Shown here: positions 29,501 through 39,609 of the stretch, piece by piece | Numbering within the stretch: the stretch's first letter is position 1 | Layout of the letters: the number at the start of each line of letters is the position of its first letter | Source: the human T2T-CHM13v2.0 reference genome, Homo sapiens | Assembly (NCBI RefSeq): GCF_009914755.1 | Contig: NC_060939.1 | Strand: one strand, 5' to 3' | DNA length: 64,000 bases | Notes under the pieces: model-generated | Database searches by the model: none | What the model was told of the DNA's origin: nothing | The model's input: only the letters and a program-made list of their open reading frames with translations | Position numbers and translations under genes: made by a program

Positions 29501-30831
29501 AAGGGATTTGATACTCCTAGATGAAAGCCCAAGGTTCAGTTTTTGTCTCACTGATTTGCAGTCTAAGGAACTCAATTTTATCAGTTTACCCTGTATCTAT
29601 TAGGCTTTGAAGTTGTCAGTAGGAATCAAATGACAATAGTCTTGAATAAATTGGAAGAGTCTACATTAAGGTACCCTCAGGATGTATCTATAAAGACAAC
29701 TGGCTTTTATCACTTACTTAAGGAAACCCTTCTTCTGGAAAGTAGGTCAAACTAGAATATGAAATAACAAACCAGAGACCTGCTGGTTGCACCAATAACT
29801 AGATAATAGAAGAAATTGATGTTCTTAAGAAATACCTCCATTGCTAAGATTTCTTAATAAGTATCTCATGATGTTTAGTTCTGTATAATTGAGAGTGATT
29901 CCCTAAATCTGAGCCCCTTTTCTCCAGCCAGGGACACTGAAAATGCCTGAAATAAAGCAGTGGCCTTGGGAATAGAAGGGCTGCCATGAATAGTAACAGC
30001 TGCATCAAGAGTAGAGATTTTCATTAGAAAGGGAAGAGACTGAGATAACTCCAAGTCCTAAAATCTGGGTGTAGTAGACAACGGATATTCCCCTAGATAG
30101 CCTGAAAGTGTTGGTTATTCTGTTCCAAGGAAATAGAATTTTATTCTGTCATTAACACCAGAACAGAATAGTGTTGATGACAGAATTCCACTTAAAAGAT
30201 TCTATTCCCTTGGCGGTAGTTTATTGTGAATTTGCCATTACTTTCACTTTTTCACTTGAGATTCCCTCTCTTGGGATTTCTGAAAGGCAATCCTATGCTC
30301 TATCCTGAAAACACAGTGACTTCAGAATGACAGTCATTGTGATGAAAGCATCAGTCCCTCTTATTCTCTAAAAAGTGCAATGTCCATGTGGATCAGAAGA
30401 AAATATGCCCTGAAGTCCTAAGTAACCTAACCCCATAGAGATCCCTGGAAAGACTGATTGATTAGACTAAAAATGTATCGCTCCTCCCCTCTACCTAATC
30501 CCACATTTCTCAAGTAGATAGAAGCACACACATGCACAAGAAATGTGTGGGAATGAGTTTCTAGTTGATGGATGAAAAAAGAGGAGCTACTTGCATTAAG
30601 AATATTTGCCTTTTGGACATGTTAAAACACCCACTAATGCAACTTAGAGACTTAAAACCCCTCTAAAGAAGCTTTCTGATTTATGAGGGCAAAGGGGCCT
30701 CAATTTGTTATGCAGTTTAAATTCCAAACAAAATTTCCATCAACAACCTGAATATCTGAAAAGAATCTCAGGTTATGCATTTGGGGAACAGGATGATTAA
30801 TACAAATCTTGCTGTTTTAGCACTGATGAGA

Positions 30832-30951
30832 GACAGACCCATGACTCTGAAAATCCAACAGCAAAGAGTCCATTTTGGGCCCTCTCTAGGGACAGACCCA
30901 GGACTCTGAAAATTTAGCAGGATAAGAGTCCATTCTGGGCCCTCTCTAGGG
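30832..30951. repeat. Two-copy ~59-bp tandem duplication
   Basis: gacagaccca.gactctgaaaat...aagagtccatt.tgggccctctctagg x2. Confidence 0.92.
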
Positions 30952-31359
30952 TGACTTTGAAAAGAAATACTGGTGCTGGCTTTGAGAAAGGCAGAAAGGA
31001 CCACGGTTCTCTAATCTTCTTTCACTTATTTCAAATGGTTTCGATTTGCAGGGCTGCCTTCTGACTCTTGTTATTTTGCATTATAGTCCAAAGAGCAAAT
31101 TTTCCCTCTTCTACCTCTGTTATCTTTTCTGAATTCTGCATTCCAAAAAAATAAATATAACCTTTTTTTCAATAAATTATCATTTAATATTAAAAAAGAA
31201 AATTGGTTATAGTCCTGATTCTATCATTACAAATTGCACCCTTGATGCTTTGGACAAAAGTACCCTTCTTGGCCTCAATCATATCATGATTAAAATAAGA
31301 AAATAATTTTCCATGTCTAATTTATTGTGTTTATTGTAAAATTTAATGAATTATTGTAG

Positions 31360-31438
31360 GAAACATTTAATATTACTTCTTTCCATAGCACATAGAATGA
31401 AACATTTAATATTACTTCATTTATAGCACATAGAATGA
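31360..31438. repeat. Two-copy ~39-bp tandem duplication
   Basis: gaaacatttaatattacttc...atagcacatagaat x2. Confidence 0.92.
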
Positions 31439-31589
31439 TCTTACTGGTTTATACATCTATCTGTTCATCAGAAAGAGGTATCTCTATGTCTGTTCATTCT
31501 TTCATTAGTTAATTATTTCATGCACTTATCAATTGACAACTATGTATCTGCCAGGCACTTTTATAGGCACTGGGGTCTTTTCTGGGCTC

Positions 31590-32090
31590 CCCTCACTATC
31601 AATATAAAAGCTCCCCTGGGGTGATCTGGTTACTTTTATTACATGTTAATTGCTCACAAACTTGTATATCCAACAAAATTTCTCTTCTGTATTATAACCT
31701 AAGTGCTAACTAAGCATCTCCTCTTGACTATGCTTCAGGTAACTGAATCTTATGCCTAAAGATGCCTGAAGATGAACAAGGAGTCCCACAACTTTCTCCC
31801 CATTTGTAGACATTAGAAACAAACAAAATCCTGAGATTTATCGTTCACTTATTCCCATCTTTCACACAAACTCTCAAAATAAGGTCAATTAACCACCCAG
31901 TGCTGTCAATCTATTGCCTAAATATTTCTTGAATCTGTCCATTTTAATTAATTTTTACTACTACTACTACAATGATGCAGACCATCATAATTTGTCCCTA
32001 ATTATACTGTAACAGGTTCCTAATTAATTCCCCCTGCTTCAGCCTTTTCCCCATTTTAATCCATCCTCCTCACAGTAGCCTAAGGAGATT
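31590..32090 (+). mobile_element. L2 fragment
   Basis: ctcacaaacttgtatatcc...gcatctcctcttgact...aaatatttcttgaatctgtcc...aatccatcctcctcacagtagcc. Confidence 0.7.
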
Positions 32091-32658
32091 TGCTAGTTTG
32101 AGTCCTGGGAGATGAGATGGGGAAGATGGGCCCAAGCTGCAACATGAAGGTCCATGATGAACAGTTGGCATCTCCTACAGTGCCTGCCACTTGGTAAGTT
32201 CTCAACGCTTATTTGTTGTTGTTTCTGAAATACAGGAAAGCATTTTGAAAATGACAGGATTCCACAAAATTAAGTTCCATATAACATATTTTAGCATAAA
32301 GGTAATGACATTTACTCCAGTGAAGTATTTCCTCTTCCTTCCTTCCTGGATTAAGAATGTAAGACATTGCCTTGTTTATGAATTCTTACCAAAGGAACTT
32401 CTAAATGTCAGAGGTAAGTGAAATCCCAAGATATGAATGGAAATATCACTTTACAAATTCACTGAAATTTTTATTCTAGTGGAAATTGGATAAATCTTAT
32501 AAAATATAGAGAAGTGAGGAAGTGTTTGGGAAATGGCAATCTGACCAAGAGAAATCAGATTTAAAGTTCATCCTTGTAAGTTGCTATTGATGTGGAAAAA
32601 TTTCAGCAATATTGTGGCTGTGGCTGGAGTATTATGACTATAGATGGACATTGACTTT

Positions 32659-32798
32659 TTATTTAATTGTTTTTGTTTTTATGGATACATAGTAGGTGTA
32701 TACATTTAAGGGGTTTATGAGATATTTTGATACAGGCATACAATGTGAATTAATCAAATCAGAGGAAATGAGGTATCCATCAATTCAAGCATTTATTC
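32659..32798 (-). mobile_element. Short L1MA 3' end, antisense
   Basis: atggatacatagtaggtgtatacatttaagggg...tgagatattttgatacaggcat...gtatccatcaattcaagcatttat; TSD-like ttgacttt on both sides. Confidence 0.88.
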
Positions 32799-33289
32799 TT
32801 GACTTTGATATTGAACCCTGCAAAGTTATGAGCACTAACATATCTTGTATGGCCTTCCAGAGATACTTTTCTCTCTATTCTAAATTTATTCCCTACACTC
32901 AATAATTTATTTGCTTTATTTACTGCCAGTTTATGGAAAGTCTTGAGTTATCAGATGAGACAAATTTTTAAAACGTGAATTGAATCAAAACCTCACACAG
33001 AATTTATAAAATCACAGCTATGGATTGACCTAGAGAGACAGCATTTATGTCTTCAACAGCACAAACCTTAGACATCTTGGCACAAAGTGAATGCTCACTA
33101 AGTATTTGAAGCATAAATGTAAAAAATTCTTATTGCTCAGAACTCATTCCTGTATCTCTTAAAATCATTCCAAATGTGTTCATGAAGGTTCATGAACAAA
33201 CAGTATGCGCAAACATTTCCTAAACTTCCTCAGAATTCCTAAAAAAGCTGAAAGAAATGCACATTTGAATTTCATTTCATTTATTTGCT

Positions 33290-33815
33290 CAGGTGAGCTG
33301 TGTTAAGTAAGAACGTAACATCTCTGAACCTCAAGTATTTCATCTGTAAAATGGCAATAATTATAATACCTATATCATATGAAGTATTTAGCAAAACGCT
33401 GGGCAGTATGTCACTCCTGGCAAGTACTTATGCGTGCCTATGCTGGCAGAATGTCACTTCTTAGATTCTACAAAAAGAGTGTTTGGAACCTGTTTCATGA
33501 AAATGCAGGTTCAATTCTGTGATAAAAAATAACACATCACAAAGCATTTTCACAGATAGCTTGTCTCTAGTTTTTAGGCCTGGATATTCATATTTCCTTA
33601 TAAGTCCTCAATAGGTTCGGAAACGTTGATGGTGCCAAGCTGTCTGTGAAACAAGCTATCTGTGAAAACGCTTTGTGATGTGCTGTGTTATTTCACAGAA
33701 TTGAACCTGCGTTTTGATGAAACAGGTTCCAAACACTCTTTTTGTAGAATCTAAGAAGTGACATGGGGATGCATGAGTACTTGGTAAAATTAGCTAATAT
33801 TATTTTTATTGTCAA
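33290..33815 (+). mobile_element. MIR SINE split by the alphoid insertion
   Basis: taacatctctgaacctcaagtatttcatctgtaaaatggcaataa...tttagcaaaacgctgggca | insert | gagtacttggtaaaattagctaatattatt (MIR 3' end). Confidence 0.7.
33451..33764. repeat. Isolated alpha-satellite (ALR): one 172-bp monomer plus an inverted 114-bp partial copy
   Basis: Alphoid hallmarks ctttgtgatgtg...cacagaattgaacc...ttttgat...aaacactctttttgtagaatc on + (33651-33764) and their reverse complement at 33451-33626; aaYgt register recurs after 172 bp. Confidence 0.92.
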
Positions 33816-35275
33816 TTATTTTCCTTTCCCATGACATTTTCCCCATTTTGTACTAAAGCTGAGAAACAGAAATATTAGTGTTTAGCAAAAAGGAGAAGAG
33901 GGGAAGCAAATAGTCTGAAATATGCACAACTGATATATGATCAACTCCTTAGTAATGTAGTGCCACTTCCAAATAGCCCTTCTATTTCTTTTATTTTTAC
34001 ATTTACTGTGTTTTCCTATTTTTTAGCATATATAAACTTTTTAAATAGAAAATTTGTGAAATTCAAAAAGTACAAAGGAAAACTATAAAAGCACAGGTAA
34101 TCCTACCACCTAGTGATAATGGTTAATATGATATATATTACTTACTATATGTAATATATATTATATACACTTAACACTATATCATGAAAATTATGCCGTT
34201 TTGTTATTTTGTTTTATTTTATATTTTTAGCTTTCCAACTTTCTTTCCTAAAAGCATCAATAATTCCTCCTGAGGAAGTACTTTTTCTTTGGTATACAGT
34301 CTTGTTTGGTGAAACTGTCCTTCAATGAATGGCTTTGCCCTTTTCTTGTCAAGCCAATAATCCGAACTAGGCCACTGAATCCTTCTTCCATTGAATTTTA
34401 GCAGATTGACAGTGACAAACAATTGAGTTTACCAGTGGCAATGCTCAGACTAGGGTGTTCCTGTTACGATACCATTCCTGTAGGTCTGATGGCTGGCCCT
34501 CTATAGCTATCTTGGTTTTTCATCTTTCCCATTTAAAATACTAGTATCTTTCCAGTGAATTCTGTTTTTTTGTAAATTAACCATAGTTTGTGTTACCACT
34601 ATGACAGAACTCTACTGGTAGAGAAATTGGTGCCAGAAAATAGATTACTAGCGATAGATATGAAATGAAATTTCTCTTCCTATGCTAGAATGTATATTTA
34701 GCAGCTTGAGAAACTTTATGGCAACATAGCAAATTAGGCTGTTCCTGCGGTCACCGGGAAGTTTGCTCACTTTGGCCAGCCAGAGAGAAACTGATTAACT
34801 GCTGCTGTACAAAAAGGGAACCTTTAGAAGAAATTCTAGGGCACCATAGTACAATGGCTGCTTCTAATAACATAATGGTAACTGAAAGCCAGGAAGCTCA
34901 CAACCTAAATTCTCATTTCAAAGTGTAGACTGAATCTCATTAACTTTTGACACCATGCTGCATGATTCTTAGCTTATGTTGCCCCAGATTTAGGATCATC
35001 AGAAGGCATTCTGGGGTTGATTTGTGGGTTGCTAAGTTGCAACATCAATTGAATTAAAAGCCTTGTCTAGTCTCTCATGTGAAAATTATGTTATTGGTTG
35101 AGAGTGCATAGAGTGGGATCTCAATGATTAAATTAGGGAAATCTGAGAGTATTTAGAGTATTCATAGCATCTTAAATCTGTAAACCCCTCTGAAAGATCC
35201 CACACATAAACACCCTGAGTTTTCCTTAGTCAAGGAAGCAACTCCTCTGACCTTGCTATACAAATACTTCCTCTT

Positions 35276-35586
35276 GGCCGGGCACGGTGGCTCACACCTG
35301 TAATCCCAGCACTCTGGGAGGCTGAGGTGGGCAGATCGTGAGGTCAGATTGAGACCATCCTGGCACGGTGAAACCCCATCTCTACTAAAAATACAAAAAT
35401 TAGCTGGGCGTGGTGGCGGGCGCCTGTAGTCTTAGCTACTCGGGAGGCTGCGGCAGAAGAATGGCGGGTGAACCCAGGAGACGGAGCTTGCAGTGAGCCA
35501 AGATTGCACCACTGCACTCCAGCCTGGGTGACAGAGCGAGACTCCATCTCTAAGTAAAAAAAAAAAAAAAAAAAAAGGAAAGAAAG
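35276..35586 (+). mobile_element. AluY-like SINE with 13-bp TSD
   Basis: gagaccatcctgg, gaatggcg..gaacc and ggagcttgcagtg diagnostics; TSD aaatacttcctct at 35262-35274 and 35587-35599. Confidence 0.96.
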
Positions 35587-35889
35587 AAATACTTCCTCTC
35601 TCCTTTCTTCCCTCCCACATGTGTAGAACATACCCTTTCAGGGAACCCAGGCTCATGAAGCATCCTTACTTGTGCTTCCATAAGCAAGGCATTAGTGAAA
35701 AGAGAACTTGCGAAACCCCATTCTGCTCAGAAGTAACAAACTTCACATCTCTTCAGACTTCATGTGGTCCAAGAAAGCACGTGGCTGTGTCTGAGTTCAA
35801 CAGGGTGTGAATAAAGAATAACCCCTCCACAAGGAGACTTCAAACAACAAATATTTGTAAAACACCAATGATAACACAATCCACAAGGC

Positions 35890-36690
35890 CCTTGCACCTG
35901 GCATGCACTTTTCCATCTGGCAAATGCTTTTCCCCTATTCATTCTTATAGTCAGAAAACATCAGAAGTTTACTTTCATCTGAGAGGAACAGTAGTATTCC
36001 TTACTTTCTTGTTTCATGGATAAATTGTCTCTAGAGATCTATGCTAAAATATACTCATTGTATGACACGACATCACACTTTTACATTAAATGGGCAAAAT
36101 CATGCTGATAATTTGTAGGAAACTGGAAATAGCAGGAACATTAGGCACTCTGCTGAGACACATGTTTTCCATTGGAAGCAAGATAGAAAAAAAATGAATA
36201 CACTAACGTCTACCACCTCTGTGAAATGTCTGAGAATCCCGAGAATTGCAGCATATTGGAATAAATTTCCCTTTTCAAGGGAAGAAGTAGTAGGCTCACT
36301 TTGCATTCCCTACCTTAAGAAGACAGAAGACACATCTCTCAGTTGCTGTCTTTGGATTTTGTTGGCAGTATTGGAGAGTTTGATGTGCTGCTACATAAAT
36401 TTACAAAGTGGCTTGAAAACCTGCAAGTTTGAGATGGAACCTAAGACACACATATCTCTCTACCTGTACAAATAGTTACATAAATTGGCCCTTTGGGCTC
36501 AGTAAATACAATGATAACTAGAATTTCAGTGGTGGTTCAGAGTGCTTTATGGAATCTATAGTAAGCTCTGTTAGATGAATCACAAAAGAAACATCTAGAA
36601 TTTGGAAGCAAAGCCCTATCATCATTGGTTAAGTAACTATTCTGTGTGCAGTGCCTCTTGTTTTACTTCTGGGCTCTGCTAGATTCTCAA
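35890..36690 (+). pseudogene. ERV-L pol (reverse transcriptase/connection) pseudogene fragment
   Basis: Manual translation CTWHALFHLANAFSPI..HQKFTFI*EEQ*YS..FLFHG resembles ERV-L TWYAAIDLANAFFSIP..HQKQFAFSWQGQQYTFTVLPQG; downstream TTSVKCL, FGFCWQ and DESQKKHLEFGSKALSS; stops and frameshifts present. Confidence 0.8.
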
Positions 36691-38639
36691 TTCTTGAGCA
36701 TAATCCAAACTGTTCCTGAATGAATGTGACATTATCTGATCCAACCATTTGGAGAGTGTCCTTGAAACTACTATGGACAGTGATAAAGTTATTGAAACCT
36801 CTATTCTATGTTGGGAGAATCACCAAGAACTAAGCTCAGTTATTAATAATTTGGTTTGTATAGGTCTACTTGACAAAGAACTCTGACCAATTGAGCACTG
36901 GCTGAATATCAGGTGGACGTAGGATGAGTAATAGGCAGGACCAATTTAGAAATAAGGAATGTAGTCTACGCAAATTTTATTTTTTTATTTTCTTATATTG
37001 TGACAAATATTTTATCTTCTCTTTCCATTATGTTTCTACTTATCTTATATTGGTAGTATTTATGGTGGTTAAAGTTAACATTATTTCAAAGTTTCACAAT
37101 ATTTGAATGGAATATCAAGAGAGCAAAAGGAAGAGGGACTATCGATCTAGACAGTTCAGACTTTCTGCCAGTTTAAAAAATTTGAGATATTAGATTGTCT
37201 GTAGTTATAAGTAGAATCTGTTTTCAAGTGTAATCTCTATAGTGAAAAAATGGAAAGGATGCATGAGTATACTTGATGAAGTTTTGTAAATTGAACGAAG
37301 TGTATAACCAGTGTCCAAATCAAGAAATACATTGTTGCTAGCAACAATGAAAGGAAGGAGGAGGAAAGGAATGAGTTAAGACGCTCGATAATAAAGGAAT
37401 GGTTAAAAAGCACACTGATACATTCTTGGGTGACAGAATACTATGCTAATCTTATTGTAGAAGAATAATAATGTGTACCATTTAAAGTTTTTGCTGCAAG
37501 CAAGGGAAACCAATTCTGACTCTGATAATATACAGAATGGAGTTGACTAGAAGGATATTGGCAACTCAAAAATTATGCAGAAACCAAGATGGAATGGTAA
37601 GCTTTTTTTGTGTGTAGAAACTACACAGGTGAGTGGGCACATAGCTGAAATAGTCTAGTTATGGTGCTGCTAGTGGAAATGATTGAACCACAACCATTTT
37701 CATTGTCATTCAGTTCCAGAAATATAACCAGCATAATTCAACTAATCTTTTATAATCATAAATAAGCTTGACCCTTTTAGAAGTCAGTAGGGACTACTAG
37801 GTTGCTTCCTGTTTTCCTTCCTTCCTTCCTTCGTTCCTATGCAATCCTGTTGAGAATTTTGTAACACACATATCATTTTGCATATTTGTAATAGTTTATT
37901 CAAGAGGATTTTTTAGAATCAGAAGTGCCGAGTAAATATGTATATATATTTTTAAAGTTTTTAATGAATGTTCCTAGGTTTTCTTTGGGGAAGAATTACC
38001 AATTTATGCTTCATCAACACTCTAGGACTCTTCAGTTTTCTTCATTTGTGCCTAAACTGGTGGAAACATGTTAGCAATTTTTTTGTACATCATTATATCA
38101 ACCTCCCTTTTTATTTGGGACAGGCTTTCCCAATAATAAAAATTTCTAGTTTGATGAAGAGTAAGCACTGCTGTTAGATAAATCTATATATTTTATACTA
38201 TAAAGACAATATAATTGACATTTAGTAGTAAGTTGTGTGTCATCCATTCAAGATTACCTTTAATGAATTATCTCCTAAATTTGCATGCGAAGTCACTTCG
38301 TCCTATCTTCTTTCAATAATGTTTGATTTTTATCACTCATTGTTATTAGCTGCTAATTAGTAAAGGTTATCCTGTTTTCAAGGCAATGATAAAGCTTTCA
38401 AAGAAAATAATTTTCTTTTCTCAGGCGAGAGGGAATAAAATATTGTGTTTTACAAAGTTGGCCCCACTGACCACATTTTAAAATGTCTTGATCTTCAGAT
38501 GTTATTTTAAACATGATAGAAAGAGCTCTTAAGTGACCTTCAATTTATCTAACCTCCAGAATGACACTCTGTTCCTTCACAGATGCCCATAGAACACTAA
38601 ATGCTTAAGTTCTCATAGGCTACACACTTCTTTTCAAAC

Positions 38640-39185
38640 CACAAGATAGCTTTTGCTTTTTACTTCCAAGGTTGTTTGTGTCAGGTATATTTGTTATTTT
38701 AATTACATAATTTAAATAAGAATTATTCAAAGCAATGGAATATGAGTGTGGAAAGAAATTCATTTTCAAAAGACCAAGTTCAATGGCATTGAACAATGAC
38801 TTAAATAACTTGATCAAGATAATTTGTTTAAAAATGTTAGCAAATAAGAATGATTGAAGAAAAAATTACAAATCTAGAACAATTTTGCATTCAGATAGCT
38901 TTGAATCTGTCTTTAAATTCCAGACATCCTTTAAAGAAACCAAAATTGGAGTTCTTATATAATGAAACATGGGTATAACATATAAAACTGATGACACAGA
39001 TATTCACTTAGCAGGCTCCATCTATAGTAAACACACACATACACAAATCAGCTCTAGCCTACATCAAATGGTTTCCAAATGAGTTTATATTAATAGATAT
39101 TAACTTGCAATGTATTCTGAGACATGCACAAACCATTTTTAATAATTTATTACTTTGATTCAATTTAAAAATTAACCAAACAAAC
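38640..39185 (+). mobile_element. Ancient TcMar-Tigger remnant (Tigger13a-like)
   Basis: atgagtgtggaaagaaa...aaatctagaacaattttgcattcagat...tctttaaattc...ctttaaagaaaccaaaattgga...gcctacatcaaa resemble a decayed Tigger transposase N-terminus; family name recalled, not searched. Confidence 0.6.
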
Positions 39186-39189
39186 TAGA

Positions 39190-39609
39190 TGCTATATTTT
39201 GGATATAATTTGTTTGGCCACACCAGGTCTTATGTTGAAATTGATCCCCAGTGTTGGAGGTGAGGCCTAGTGGGAGGTGTTTGGGTCATGGGGGCAGATT
39301 CCTCATGGCTTGGTGCCATTCTCCTATTCTTGCAGGAGCGAGTGAGTTCTCAGTCTTAGTTCCTGTGAGAACTGCTTATTGAAAAGAGGTGGACACCTCC
39401 TTTCTCACTTCCTTATTCTCTTGCCACATGACACCTGCCCCCCTTTGCCTTCCACCGTGAGTGGAAGCTTCCAGAACCCTCAACAAAAGCAGGTGCTGGT
39501 GCCATTCCTCTTCTGTAGCCTGCAGAGCCAGGAACCAAATAAACCTCTTTTCTTTATAAATTACCCAGCCTCAGGTGTTCCTTTATAGCAACACAAATGG
39601 ACCAAGACA
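39190..39609 (+). mobile_element. MSTB-like MaLR solo LTR
   Basis: tgctatattttggata...tgttgaaattgatccccagtgttggaggtg...aataaacctcttttctttataaattacccagcctcagg...ggaccaagaca; TSD ctaga/ccaga. Confidence 0.92.

Larger units (their letters stand above)
34620..37140 (+). mobile_element. Decayed ERV-L-class internal region (gag/pol remnants), split by AluY
   Basis: Starts gaaattggtgccag (typical ERVL/MaLR internal start); gag-like gagtgggatctc; ends in a purine tract aaaaggaagagggac. Confidence 0.7.

Noticed and set aside
33451-33764. Alphoid segment as a functional or relic centromere
   Set aside because: Fewer than two monomers, no tandem array, no CENP-B box, and inserted into a pre-existing MIR.
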